Numbered from the stretch's first letter, positions 40,701-49,834 are shown. The stretch is 64,000 nt of DNA from an uncultured virus (IMG/VR IMGVR_UViG_3300030116_005269) (IMGVR_UViG_3300030116_005269:1-64000); one strand, 5' to 3'. Translations and numbers: made by a program. Notes: a model not told the origin generated them from the letters alone.

Positions 40701-41454
40701 ATAATTCTAAATTTTCCCCACCCTGTATTACAGCCTGATTAATAGATTGGAATACACGAGCTACCGCAGTACCACCTGCTTGTGCAGGTACACCAATAGC
40801 CTGTAAGGCCGTAGCAAAAGCTAAAGCATCTTGTGTTGTAGCGCCTACTTGTGCAGCAGCCTGTTGAATACGCAAAACGGTAGTCATGATTTCGCTTTCA
40901 GTTGCAGCAAAGTTGTTTCCAAGTTCAACTATTGTTGCACCTATATTTGCAAAAGTTTCTTGATTAGTTCCCGCAATAGCGTCAAGCCTAGCAAGACCTA
41001 GTGCAGCACCATCTACAGTTAAGTTTGTAGATATGGCTAGATCAGCAATAGTTCTAATAAAAGATGGTAAGTTTTCAGCAAGAATACCTAACTGACCACC
41101 AAGCTCACCAATTCTTGATAACTCGGTAGTATCAATAGGTGCTACCGTACTCATCCTTAAAATAGATTGTGCTAATTCCTCAAATTGTTCTTCGGTAGCG
41201 TCAACTGTTTTTCTAATACCCGCAAAAGCAGATTCAAAAACCATTGCTGCTTGCACAGCTTTAAATAATTCAAATGTGATACCGGCTAAGCCAATCATTG
41301 ACGCAGAAGCCATTGCGTTAATTCTTTGCATTGATAATAAGGCGGGTTTAGCGGCGTCCTCTGCTGCGTCGGTTGCAGTCTTTATGGTTTTTTGAACACC
41401 ACCGTTTTCAGCAAAAACATTTACGGTAATATTCGCGGCGTTAGCTCTACTCAT
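37702..41454 (-). CDS. tail tape measure protein (TP901-like core)
   Basis: FESAFAGIRKTVDAT, GQLGI, LGNNFAATESEI, AGGTA; 1250 aa, helical; VGEYGPEL. Confidence 0.92.
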   Translation of the reverse strand: MSRANAANITVNVFAENGGVQKTIKTATDAAEDAAKPALLSMQRINAMASASMIGLAGITFELFKAVQAAMVFESAFAGIRKTVDATEEQFEELAQSILRMSTVAPIDTTELSRIGELGGQLGILAENLPSFIRTIADLAISTNLTVDGAALGLARLDAIAGTNQETFANIGATIVELGNNFAATESEIMTTVLRIQQAAAQVGATTQDALAFATALQAIGVPAQAGGTAVARVFQSINQAVIQGGENLELFGKIAEASGRTTEEAFKQFFQDDPALGAQAFIEGLGKLNESGQDVISMLDKLGLAQRRTMLAILGLAEAEGLLNDTRETANKAFEENIALTEESIKRYKTLESQVQVTKNAFMELQNQIGEQLLPQVQDVNNFIQKFILGLTASEQALQTLEMAMVSFATVIGFAITQIARLQKALLFFVGGPIRATLTAIGVLMGVLGTKTAAAAGAQEQLNRQLEYFGENGEVTESTLRAVIKANQDFQKVIEGMDFGQQLRLEDTIVEGLMGNSFERKQFIGDLEETIEQAQLMKQVFNNIDPHAMAGEYQRQLREIADGVISGDEAIQKIIEIVRSQSGVILSPEEAHPLYNAIVNGNFEIYMRNQSDIIDADLEFLLAQEQLAKRLLPGMEYLEERKTKALEAEAMRRLGIYEIEHDFQRVMLEQTMAAIEAEKERANALDGTTEQIEETEDIFQRIAANVKSGGEQLFSALDQLGDLATTSAEDVNRALAEKIQLREVFEKQIQFLKDRGFDDVALEFSQLGPEFAGVLANLIANTDQLNAREMMLESLGLSESNELKDALFEKTGDLSQEAQDKTYEMGQDYVRGFINGLNDEAPESYEAVKKVMQGILDAAYEAGGFGSPSRITKEMGEFLMLGFAEGIESSYPELEMSFKGKMIDLLDVMKQSVSEAMGAMSSAFGSQFSMFGAQRSALREEQKLNDLLEERGKLLKGNTAAMTKDIEEATAKRDFLKLAYEEGTISLAEYQLAEEQLSKAENARADRLQTLDEQIQDANIRAAENQFNMGMQAFQLLQAGPEAITIFKELGSALGVDEEIINNITNKTDELAQTLGMKFGGEVDKIAQKFFDTNLAIEQETITINADGSNVMAVINAANAGIDSVRSNASKGIKFNAQLFGEAPGFAGLPNGAAGGRIKGYYKGGILGSGMGLVGEYGPELIRAIPGGGVDITPLGDTRGSSLVVQNLNVNVTGVPSDPMQARKAAIEIRKALVKLDKEGLVGTGIRGR

Positions 41455-41785
41455 CTTTCGCTATCCTGTCTTTTTGATCTTGAATCATACTGTCTATTGA
41501 AGTAGCCACTCTTTCTTTATTGGATCTACCTCTGCGTTTATCAAGCTCTTCTTTCCACCAACCTTCTGGTGGCTCATCAGGATTGTTTGGATCTCCACCT
41601 TCCTGTATAGCCAAGTATTGAGGTGCAAAGAATAGTGATTGTTCTAATGGCATTGTACCAAGTAATCTATAAAATTTACGCCATTCCAAATCCAACGGAT
41701 CAGCTATATTATATATTTTGTTGAAGTCACTTTCTACATCAGCCCATCTGTCAACTATATCAATGGGCTTGAAAGTTATTTTGGG
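41447..41785 (-). CDS. tail assembly chaperone, -1 frameshift extension (gpGT-like)
   Basis: The -1 frame is open from the slippery site: KITFKPIDIVDRWADVESDFNKIY...LEWRKFYRLL. Confidence 0.8.
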   Translation of the reverse strand, partial: PKITFKPIDIVDRWADVESDFNKIYNIADPLDLEWRKFYRLLGTMPLEQSLFFAPQYLAIQEGGDPNNPDEPPEGWWKEELDKRRGRSNKERVATSIDSMIQDQKDRIAKDE

Positions 41786-42123
41786 CTATCACCCGATTCT
41801 TCGGTTTCTTTAGGGGCAGTAAGATCTCCACCCAAACCGTATTGTTCTAAAAGAAAAGATGATATTTCTTGTAGGGTTTCAAAATCAACTTTGGAACTAA
41901 TTTTGTCTAAGTTTTCTTGACCGAAAACTGATTTAAACCAAAGTGGCAAATTTGACGCCGAAAGCGAGCCATCCTCTTCTAGCCAAGTCATTTGATTTAA
42001 AACAACTTGTGCTGTTAAGAACGGGGGAAATTCTATTTCTTCCCCACCGACTTTCACAATAATTGGATCGTCGTTTCTCGCTTCCTTAGCGGCATCAAAA
42101 TCTTTATAACGCTTTGTACTCAT
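41776..42123 (-). CDS. tail assembly chaperone (gpG-like)
   Basis: Lies between the tail tube and the tape measure; ends in C CCA AAA TAA. Confidence 0.8.
   Translation of the reverse strand: MSTKRYKDFDAAKEARNDDPIIVKVGGEEIEFPPFLTAQVVLNQMTWLEEDGSLSASNLPLWFKSVFGQENLDKISSKVDFETLQEISSFLLEQYGLGGDLTAPKETEESGDSPK
41779..41785 (-). other. programmed -1 frameshift slippery heptamer CCCAAAA
   Basis: X XXY YYZ pattern immediately before the stop codon. Confidence 0.8.
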
Positions 42124-42150
42124 ATTCCTCCCATCCGTTAAGCATTACTA

Positions 42151-42807
42151 TTAGTTAACACTTCCTTCTGTTGAAGCGTTAGTGTTATCAACTATTCTAA
42201 ATAGATTCTCTTTTCCATTAGTTGTACCAACTGATGTTGAAGATGCATCTGGAACTAGAATTTTAAATTCAACGGCAACAAGCACCTTTTGAGGAGCTTT
42301 TTGATGAGCCATTGAGAAAGCACCGACATTAACTGCTCTAGGTATATGAAAATGTCTAATCGCACCGCCCGGACCTTCTGTCACTAAAACTAGTGATTTT
42401 TCAGTAAAGTCGTCAGTTGATGGTGGGACTAATGTATCAAATCCTGAAGCAAAGTTAGTTGTGTCGTCTTCGGTAATTGTTCCACCACCGAAAGCTTCTT
42501 TAAGACTAGCCAAACTTGCTTGTGCAAGTGTACCGGTAAGTCTTATTTCTTGTGCGGTTTTAACAGATTTAATTGGATCAATTTCTTCCGCGACCATAAT
42601 GTCCTCGAAAGTCTTATCATATTCCAATGTCCATCCGTCCTCCGAATAGCCAACATCAGTCCAACCTGTTGCTAGGTCAGCCCATGCTGTTGCTGTTCCT
42701 GAGTCTTGTGCAGGAAAGGCTAAGCCTTTTGCACCGACATAGAGGACACCTGTTCCAATTAGAACATCCGATATTGTACCTGAAGTATTATAACTTGTAG
42801 TAGCCAT
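42151..42807 (-). CDS. major tail tube protein
   Basis: GTGVLY, WTDVGYSEDG, LAQ pattern; position. Confidence 0.8.
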   Translation of the reverse strand: MATTSYNTSGTISDVLIGTGVLYVGAKGLAFPAQDSGTATAWADLATGWTDVGYSEDGWTLEYDKTFEDIMVAEEIDPIKSVKTAQEIRLTGTLAQASLASLKEAFGGGTITEDDTTNFASGFDTLVPPSTDDFTEKSLVLVTEGPGGAIRHFHIPRAVNVGAFSMAHQKAPQKVLVAVEFKILVPDASSTSVGTTNGKENLFRIVDNTNASTEGSVN

Positions 42808-42859
42808 ACAGATTTCTCCTAACTTATACTTTTACTTTTAATATGTTTGCAAACATATC

Positions 42860-43162
42860 TTATTCTTCCTCCGAGCCGTACCACTCTTCGGTTTCGTCTT
42901 CTACCTCATCCTCAATAAATGAAGTGTTGTCCACTAAATTTATGACTTCGTCAACCGGTTTGACTTCCCAATCCTCGCCTTCTGCAATAAGTCTAGGTAT
43001 GCTCAAATCATTCCATAGACGACCTTTGGATTCTTTTAGTCTTTTCCAGTCTCCGCCATTTACTTCCGTCCACTCATCTTTGGTAAATGTTAAACCAGAT
43101 ACTTCGTCACCGATTGAATCGGCGGGATATATTGGGTTAACCTTAACTTTTACTTTTGCCAT
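42860..43162 (-). CDS. hypothetical neck/tail-region protein
   Basis: ORF track; GAGG RBS. Confidence 0.6.
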   Translation of the reverse strand: MAKVKVKVNPIYPADSIGDEVSGLTFTKDEWTEVNGGDWKRLKESKGRLWNDLSIPRLIAEGEDWEVKPVDEVINLVDNTSFIEDEVEDETEEWYGSEEE

Positions 43163-43208
43163 ATTTACCTCTCAAGTAATATTAGAGGATTTTTTTTGAG
43201 TTTAAGGT

Positions 43209-43685
43209 TTATGCAGTATAACGATATGTCATATTGGCTGTGATTTGAAACTCTGCTATTTGTCGTTCTCTATTTTCTATTCTTACGGGTGCTACTGCTA
43301 TTTCAAAACCATAAATTACCGCGTTTACACCGCCATTTGATAAAACTTCTACACGACTTTCAGTAAATAATTCTTTATATATTATTTGTGCAATATTGCT
43401 TGCTGTTGAATAGTCTGGCTCTGGTTTTGTCCCGTCACCACCCCAACGACCTGCATAAACATAAATAGCTAAAGTAGCGATATTGATCGGTGCTTGTGAC
43501 GCAGGATCGCTCAACAAATTACCCTGATTTTCTATAACTACAAAAGGTAGGGTAGGGTTTTGTGGTAGCTTAGTAGCTACTCTTTGTGATATTTCATTTG
43601 TTATTGTACTTTTACTTAGCAACCATGTTCTTAAAACTATTTCAGGATCAGGTGGCATACTTGTAGCACTATCAACTCCGGGCAT
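43209..43685 (-). CDS. tail terminator/completion protein
   Basis: PDPE..LR.WL, RVATKLP..LPFVVI; position. Confidence 0.7.
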   Translation of the reverse strand: MPGVDSATSMPPDPEIVLRTWLLSKSTITNEISQRVATKLPQNPTLPFVVIENQGNLLSDPASQAPINIATLAIYVYAGRWGGDGTKPEPDYSTASNIAQIIYKELFTESRVEVLSNGGVNAVIYGFEIAVAPVRIENRERQIAEFQITANMTYRYTA

Positions 43686-43687
43686 AA

Positions 43688-44662
43688 TTAATCCTCATCT
43701 CCTAACAAGAAGTCTAATAGACCAGACGGGTCTTTTATTTGATTTTCATAACTGATTTCATAATCGTCTTTTTTAGGCGGGTCAGGTTGGTAAGCATAAA
43801 AGTTTCCTTTATCTTGTCTAGTTTTTCCATTTACTTTTAGTTCATAACCCATATCTGGAAAGTAAGCTGTTAATGCACCTTTTATACCTTTACCTAACCA
43901 AGCTCTATTTTTTGGTGGGGTAAAAAATGTATTGTTTGGTGTGTAATAACCGCCATAAACTGTTTTCCACCAATAAGGTGCTTGATCAGCCTCTCCACTT
44001 CTATTAGCGGCGCTTGACCCGACAGTTATTTTACCTGACGCTACACCTCTTTTAGGTGAGTAGTTTATACCTCTAAATCTAATTGAGTTTCTTAGGTTTC
44101 CTGTTTTAATTGGTGCGCCGGGGGTTTCACCGCCTGATATTCCTAATAAGTTGTATTGAATATCTTGCATAAGCTCGGGTAATGAAAACTCTTCTATATT
44201 GATCTTCTTTTTAGCCATATCTTTTAAAGCTTTTTGATACTCTCGCTCTAATCTTCCACCCTGACTTTTAGATAACTCTTGTTTCATATACTCTGTCATA
44301 ACTCTACCGTTAAATTCAATATCAACTCCAATTTTATAGTTGTAATGGTTTTGAACTTTCATAGTCGCAAACTTTCCATACATACGGTTAGCAATACGAG
44401 TAATAGGTCCCATACTTTGTGGTATTAAAGTTTGACCAAGACGACCTGCAATACGACCCGCAACACGCCTTTGAATACGCATCATAGGTCCTTGCCCTCT
44501 TGGTGTTAAAGATTTAAAGTCAGCATTTATACGAGCAAATTGTAAAGCACTACTTCTAATTGGTCTTAGAGGTTGTTGTAAAACATCTAAAGATATTATG
44601 TCACCTGCGCCGAGAGAGGTTTTGTAGAATATATCTCTAAACTGCTTGTCATATCTAGCCAT
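43688..44662 (-). CDS. HK97 gp10-like neck protein (extended)
   Basis: APIKTGNLRNSI, APYW...G. Confidence 0.6.
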   Translation of the reverse strand: MARYDKQFRDIFYKTSLGAGDIISLDVLQQPLRPIRSSALQFARINADFKSLTPRGQGPMMRIQRRVAGRIAGRLGQTLIPQSMGPITRIANRMYGKFATMKVQNHYNYKIGVDIEFNGRVMTEYMKQELSKSQGGRLEREYQKALKDMAKKKINIEEFSLPELMQDIQYNLLGISGGETPGAPIKTGNLRNSIRFRGINYSPKRGVASGKITVGSSAANRSGEADQAPYWWKTVYGGYYTPNNTFFTPPKNRAWLGKGIKGALTAYFPDMGYELKVNGKTRQDKGNFYAYQPDPPKKDDYEISYENQIKDPSGLLDFLLGDED

Positions 44663-44997
44663 TATCTACTCTTTCGCACGGTAAGAACTTTTATTAAAGA
44701 TTTACCGTACCTATTTTTTTTAGTTTCAATTCCTAAAATGTCGTAATATTGTGAGCTTATGTTTACTCTATTATCACTTGTGACTGTGACGCTTGCGGGA
44801 ATAAACAACTCAAATTGATCCATTAATAATTCTGTTTGATCTTCGTCTTCAGCGCTATTAATTAAAACTAATCTACCTTTAGTTGTACTTGCGCTAGCCC
44901 AAGACGAACTTTGTAGCCCTCTATCGTCAACAGTATTTGATGATATAGACTCAATAGTTATATCTTCTTTTAAAAGGTTGTTGTAATTGTAAGACAT
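44662..44997 (-). CDS. head closure/head-tail joining protein
   Basis: DDRG...W, NRVNI...YDI; size and position. Confidence 0.7.
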   Translation of the reverse strand: MSYNYNNLLKEDITIESISSNTVDDRGLQSSSWASASTTKGRLVLINSAEDEDQTELLMDQFELFIPASVTVTSDNRVNISSQYYDILGIETKKNRYGKSLIKVLTVRKSR

Positions 44998-45011
44998 ACA
45001 ATCACTTTAGT

Positions 45012-45554
45012 TTATATGTCTTGGTTTTTAAGTTTTTCCCTTAAGGCGTCCATAGCCTCTTTTTGCATTTGTATTTTTAAAATTCTATCACTTGGTTGTC
45101 TTTTGCATAATTTACAAATTTTTTGTCTTCCGTCTTTATATTTTTGTGATCGGGAAAAAGATTTTATGTCAAGTGTTTCACCACATTTTCTACATTGCTT
45201 AGTATCAGGATTCCACTCTTTATCTTTTGCATATTTTTGTGCTTCTAAAACACCTAACCAAATAGCCGGATCTTCTTTCATCCAAGTCATAAATTTTTCT
45301 AAACCTATTGGTAGATCTTCATACAAAGCTCTTACGGTAAGTTTGTATTTACCATCTCTTATGCGATCAATTATTGTAATAGCTACTTTATGATCGATTG
45401 CAGAGATAGGCTCAAATCCTGCTTGTTCTCTTAATTGTCTAACTCTTTCGTGTGAACACTCCCACTCTCTAGCCCAATCACTCAAAGGCTTGTGAGGGTC
45501 AGCTTTAAATAATTCATAAGCTTTTTCTACATTAGGTACTTTTCTACTTGGCAT
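45012..45554 (-). CDS. HTH plus zinc-ribbon DNA-binding protein
   Basis: LSDWAREWECSHERVRQL; CRKC...F...DG...CKLC. Confidence 0.65.
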   Translation of the reverse strand: MPSRKVPNVEKAYELFKADPHKPLSDWAREWECSHERVRQLREQAGFEPISAIDHKVAITIIDRIRDGKYKLTVRALYEDLPIGLEKFMTWMKEDPAIWLGVLEAQKYAKDKEWNPDTKQCRKCGETLDIKSFSRSQKYKDGRQKICKLCKRQPSDRILKIQMQKEAMDALREKLKNQDI

Positions 45555-45834
45555 CTTTTCTCTTTCTCGTAAGCCCTCTTTCTTTTCTTATTTTTCGACG
45601 CTCACGCTCTGATAGTCCTCCCCATATACCAAACTTTTCATTGTTAACTATTGAATATTCTAAACAATGTTCTTGTGCTTTACAGGAATTACATAATTCT
45701 TTTGCTTTTCGAGTGCTAGCACCCCTGTCTGGAAAAAATAGATCAGGATCTTCGCCTATGCAATTTGCATCTACCTGCCACCATAATTCTTGTAGTCTTA
45801 GTAGATTGCCTAGAGCTTCCTGTTTATAGTCCAC
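45544..45834 (-). CDS. whiB: WhiB family transcriptional regulator
   Basis: ANC..DPDLFFP.RG...AK..C..C....CL...GIWGGLSERERR. Confidence 0.95.
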   Translation of the reverse strand: MDYKQEALGNLLRLQELWWQVDANCIGEDPDLFFPDRGASTRKAKELCNSCKAQEHCLEYSIVNNEKFGIWGGLSERERRKIRKERGLTRKRKDAK

Positions 45835-45983
45835 TTCTCACCTCTAACGATTTCGTTGAATTGTTGATTTATGAACACTTCTTGCTCAACATTCTTTCTC
45901 GTGTATTCGTTAAGGTGTGCATGAAGCAAACCGTGATAATTTAGAAATCCAATAATCCAAGTGTAAGTTGCTAAATCTAGCAC
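45810..45983 (-). CDS. 57-aa hypothetical protein
   Basis: Manual; GTG overlaps the connector stop; fills the gap before whiB. Confidence 0.5.
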   Translation of the reverse strand: MLDLATYTWIIGFLNYHGLLHAHLNEYTRKNVEQEVFINQQFNEIVRGEKWTINRKL

Positions 45984-46621
45984 TAAACAAACACCTGTTT
46001 TTTATAAGGGGCTATAAGTAAACGATCGCTATCTTTCAGTAATGGACCGTCAAAATAGGCTAAAGGGTCATTGTATTGGACTTGCAAATCACCTATGCGT
46101 TCTTCAACTACTGTACTCATACTCGCCCCGTTCGTCGAGTCGCTCAAGTGAGTATCTACTGTACCGGTGTCGGCGTTTGAACTCACATTTAAACTCGACA
46201 TCAGTATTCTTGCAGAAATTCTTGCGCTTGTAAACTTTATATCGTCGGGAATTGTTGAATAACCTGCATTGTAAACAACTGTTATATTTTTAGGTTTTGC
46301 ACCTGACCAACGACCAAGTACTCTTTCTACCCTACCGTTAGAGTGAAATACAAAATCACTTTCATTACCTTCGGTTAAAGAATTACCATCTTCTGTAATG
46401 GAGGTTATAGAATTTACAGGAATATGTTTTAAATTTATTTCTCTATTGTTATCACCAAACAATACTTCAGTTTGATTAGACGCTTCTATATCATAACCTA
46501 GATATGTTTTGATAATTTGATCAGCAAAAGGTATTAAAGAGTTTGTGACTGTACTTTCAAGCGTAGTGCTTAAATCTACCCCTATGATACTTTCGACATC
46601 ACTAACTGTGCAAAGAGCCAT
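45983..46621 (-). CDS. head-tail connector/adaptor
   Basis: CTVSDVE, IKTYLG, VVYNAGYSTIPDDI, ERIGD. Confidence 0.8.
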   Translation of the reverse strand: MALCTVSDVESIIGVDLSTTLESTVTNSLIPFADQIIKTYLGYDIEASNQTEVLFGDNNREINLKHIPVNSITSITEDGNSLTEGNESDFVFHSNGRVERVLGRWSGAKPKNITVVYNAGYSTIPDDIKFTSARISARILMSSLNVSSNADTGTVDTHLSDSTNGASMSTVVEERIGDLQVQYNDPLAYFDGPLLKDSDRLLIAPYKKQVFV

Positions 46622-46631
46622 TTAGATCTCC

Positions 46632-46871
46632 TTACTTGCTAGATTTGTTCTCTTTAGGTTTTACTGCTTTTGTTTCTACTTCTTTTTTGGAACTTTTCTT
46701 AGCAGGTTTTTTCCAACCAATTTCTTTTAAATAGCTTTCAGGATAAGTTTTTCCTGCGCCACCAACTTTAGAAGCGTTAGATTTTGGAAGTTCAGCTTTA
46801 GGTCCTTCAAAGATTGACCCGTCGCCTAATACCCATAAGTCTTTTTCCAATTTAATGAATTTTTCTGCCAT
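46632..46871 (-). CDS. small capsid-adjacent protein
   Basis: Lys-rich C-tail ending KPKENK. Confidence 0.6.
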   Translation of the reverse strand: MAEKFIKLEKDLWVLGDGSIFEGPKAELPKSNASKVGGAGKTYPESYLKEIGWKKPAKKSSKKEVETKAVKPKENKSSK

Positions 46872-46891
46872 AATAAATCAATTCTACTTTC

Positions 46892-46963
46892 TTATTTCTT
46901 TTTTTTAGGTCTTTTACCGTATGGTTTCTTTTTTGGTTTTCCTCCGCCATAATGTCTTGGCAT
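46892..46963 (-). CDS. 23-aa highly basic peptide
   Basis: Manual: AGGAG-N6-ATG, MPRHYGGGKPKKKPYGKRPKKKK*. Confidence 0.6.
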   Translation of the reverse strand: MPRHYGGGKPKKKPYGKRPKKKK

Positions 46964-46983
46964 AATTTTCTCCTATCTTATAA

Positions 46984-47010
46984 AATATGGGGGCGCGTAG
47001 CCCCCATATT
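46984..47010 (-). terminator. terminator after the major capsid gene
   Basis: 11-bp stem AATATGGGGGC/GCCCCCATATT. Confidence 0.75.
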
Positions 47011-47027
47011 CTAAATACTAAACGCTA

Positions 47028-48269
47028 TTAAGCGCTTGTGATCTTATGGAAAGCGGCTTGTCTGTAAACAGGGAAACCAACTCTCATAGTAGCTCTAATC
47101 ACCATGATGTTCTTTGTAAAGTTCTCACCGTGACTATCGCTGACTGCGATGTCAATTCCTTGCCTCATTACGACATGTGCTGCTTCTCCACCGCCGAACT
47201 TACCAACTAGGATTGTTCCTTCGCTTATTGCGGTTGTAGGAACAACTTTTAATCCCCAAAGTTGGTTAGCAACGCCACCTGCATATCCACCGGCTTGGGT
47301 GAATACAGGAGCTTTAGCTGCATATCCTGCGGATGAAGTACCCGCAAAGTCCTCGTCTAATTGGAGCACAATTTGTGACCAATCGTTAGGGTGGATTACG
47401 ATAGCATCTGGCTCTGTGAAAGCATTTACTCTAATATCGGTAATTGCTCCATAGACTGCACCAATTCTACCAAGACCTCCTGCGTAAGAGCCATAAGCTG
47501 TTGAGCCTACGGATGACTTACCGGCATCTAAGATACCTTCGAGGTTTGGTGATGTACCGTCACCAGCTAATAGCTGACTGTCTAGTCTTAATCTCATCAT
47601 TGTTTGTAGTCTTGAGTTCAAATATCCCTCTAAACCAGAAACATCTTGCATTAACTCATCTGTGACAGGTATGTTAACACCTAGTTTTGAGATTGTTGCT
47701 GTTCTCTCGGTGAATGCTAATGCTGCTTCGCCAACTGCTGCAGCTTCTGCTGCTTCTGCGGCGTTATTTGTAAAGGTTGTTTCTTCCAAATATACAAACG
47801 CATTTTGGTCTGTTTGTATTTGGTCAAATAACCCAATAACTGCATTAGGATCACGAAGAGCTGTTTCTAAAATACCCGGTTGTCTTAATGACTCTGGTGG
47901 GTAGCCTGTTGTAGTCAAGTTTGTTTTGACTTCAAAAGGAACTGTGCTTTGAATATTCTTAGCACCATTTTCAACATAGCCTTTATAAGCTGCTGATTTT
48001 AGAACTTCTGCACCAAAAGATGAGCCTGTTGACTCTTCGGATGGTGTAGGTACGCTTGCTACTGCTTCGCCTGAAATGTCTAATTTAGACTTTGCTTCTG
48101 CAACTTTAAGATCATCTCTTAAACTTGCTAATGCTTCATTTCTTTCAATGACTGCATTTTTTTGTTCAGGGGTAGAAGGTCCCTCTTGAGCTTCGATTGT
48201 ATCGAAAAGCCCTTTAAGTTCAGCAGACTCTTTAGCTATATCTTCACGAATTTTATTCACTTCGCTCAT
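47028..48269 (-). CDS. major capsid protein (HK97 fold)
   Basis: IPVTDELMQD, LLAGDGT, VIHPNDW, LWGLKVV, FTKNIMVIRATMRVG. Confidence 0.95.
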   Translation of the reverse strand: MSEVNKIREDIAKESAELKGLFDTIEAQEGPSTPEQKNAVIERNEALASLRDDLKVAEAKSKLDISGEAVASVPTPSEESTGSSFGAEVLKSAAYKGYVENGAKNIQSTVPFEVKTNLTTTGYPPESLRQPGILETALRDPNAVIGLFDQIQTDQNAFVYLEETTFTNNAAEAAEAAAVGEAALAFTERTATISKLGVNIPVTDELMQDVSGLEGYLNSRLQTMMRLRLDSQLLAGDGTSPNLEGILDAGKSSVGSTAYGSYAGGLGRIGAVYGAITDIRVNAFTEPDAIVIHPNDWSQIVLQLDEDFAGTSSAGYAAKAPVFTQAGGYAGGVANQLWGLKVVPTTAISEGTILVGKFGGGEAAHVVMRQGIDIAVSDSHGENFTKNIMVIRATMRVGFPVYRQAAFHKITSA

Positions 48270-48279
48270 TTTTTTACTC

Positions 48280-49707
48280 CTAAATGTCTTCTGTAGTTTC
48301 TTCTATTTCAATATCGGTTAATATTGTTTCGGTTGCGATTCTTTGACTTTCTAGCCAAAGATCGTCTAACTCATTGTCTAATACTTCTTCAGTTGGTAAT
48401 TCCGCTTCGTCAACAGGATCTTCCTCTTGTCTTTCCTCGTCGGTATCAACTTCTGGTTCTTCCGCAGGCTCTTCCTCGGGTTTAACCTCGGTTTCCTCTA
48501 CGATTTCCTCAGCTTCTGCTACCGGCTCGTTAGATTCGATTACTTCCTCTTGTTGTACTTCGTCAACAACTTCTGTTGTGTCTTCCAATGCACCCTCCGT
48601 TCCAAATTCATCTACGAATTTGTCTATTTCATCAAAAGCGTCTTGTACGCTTTCTTGAACTGTCCTGAGAGCTTCAGTCGCCGAAACCCCCAACTTCCTA
48701 CCATTCTTTGCTCTAAGTTCCCCAATGGATTGAACTCGAGCTACGAGATTATTTAATGCAGCAAGCACATCTTTCACCTCATCCGAAAATCGCTTACCTT
48801 GCACGCTGGCACGATCATCGAAAACTTCACTATCCGCATTTGAAACATTATTAATTTTTTCACTAATGTCTTTTAAAGTTTCCATAGAAACTTCGTCTGT
48901 TGGGATAGATTTTAAAATTTCTTTCATATTGTTAGCTATTTCATTGAGATAACTAATTGATGTATTATGTTTTTTCAAAAGAGCTTCATAATCTTCGTGA
49001 GTTTTACACGGCATGTAATATGTTGCACCGTCCATCTCGTGAGTATGCGATCCCTCACAACCCATTTGTTTGGCTCTATTTTCTGCCTCTTCTGGCGTAA
49101 AGAAAAGATCTCCTGATAGAGCTTCTTTCTTTTCGTCGTCGGCGACAACTTCTTCTTTAGGCTCTTCTTGTTGTATGCTGTCGTGTGACAATACACCTTT
49201 TTCGTCTGTTTGATCCTTTTGACTTTTTATAGCCATAGTAAATGTTTCTTGGTTTGCACCTACCAAAACCGGACTAACTTCATACACAGATAAATCTTTA
49301 AGATAACGAACTTCCGCTTCGTCTTGATTGTCTTTTTTAAATTTTCCATACTCACTATCATTTACTCTAAAACCAAAAGACCATTGTTGCAAGTTTCCCA
49401 TGTTCTTTACAAGTTTGTAAGCTTCAGCACCTGACTCGGTGTCCATAAAAAATTCGCCGTCAAACACAGCTTTTTCTTCGTCTTTAACAATTCGACCTTT
49501 TCCAATAGGTTTATCCCATTGGTGCGCCCATACCATAGGTACGGTTTCGCTTTCTTGATCAAATCCTGATTTAATAGCTTGAGGTAATACAACATCACCA
49601 TCGCTATCAATATCATTGAATAAAGAGAAAACAGCTTTGACTTGCCCTTTTTGATCTTCCCCTTCTTTAAACTCTACTTGTATTTTTTTATACTCATCAT
49701 TTTTCAT
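48280..49707 (-). CDS. HK97-type prohead protease with insertion and acidic scaffold-like tail
   Basis: DSDGDVV, WAHQW..PIG, WSFGF, YEVSPVLVGAN. Confidence 0.9.
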   Translation of the reverse strand: MKNDEYKKIQVEFKEGEDQKGQVKAVFSLFNDIDSDGDVVLPQAIKSGFDQESETVPMVWAHQWDKPIGKGRIVKDEEKAVFDGEFFMDTESGAEAYKLVKNMGNLQQWSFGFRVNDSEYGKFKKDNQDEAEVRYLKDLSVYEVSPVLVGANQETFTMAIKSQKDQTDEKGVLSHDSIQQEEPKEEVVADDEKKEALSGDLFFTPEEAENRAKQMGCEGSHTHEMDGATYYMPCKTHEDYEALLKKHNTSISYLNEIANNMKEILKSIPTDEVSMETLKDISEKINNVSNADSEVFDDRASVQGKRFSDEVKDVLAALNNLVARVQSIGELRAKNGRKLGVSATEALRTVQESVQDAFDEIDKFVDEFGTEGALEDTTEVVDEVQQEEVIESNEPVAEAEEIVEETEVKPEEEPAEEPEVDTDEERQEEDPVDEAELPTEEVLDNELDDLWLESQRIATETILTDIEIEETTEDI

Positions 49708-49819
49708 GAAAAATTTCTCCTGTGTAAACCAAGTGCGCTATTACAAATATTAACTAATAATTTTTAAAGTTTGCGTATTTAGGGTAGCCCATGACAAAAA
49801 CTCAAATTTTGCATATCTC

Positions 49820-49828
49820 TGGTATAAT
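49820..49828 (+). promoter_or_regulatory. extended -10 promoter, leaderless
   Basis: TGGTATAAT, 6 nt before ATG 49835. Confidence 0.6.
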
Positions 49829-49834
49829 TTAAGT

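Noticed and set aside
45012..45200. HNH homing endonuclease call for the CxxC...CxxC protein
   Set aside because: Only the zinc-ribbon part is present; no HNH catalytic motif follows.
2489..48756. Many plus-strand ORFs (for example 2562-3212, 25294-25866, 30589-31101, 48374-48658)
   Set aside because: They are antisense shadows of real minus-strand genes: Ser/Thr/Phe-rich and without motifs.
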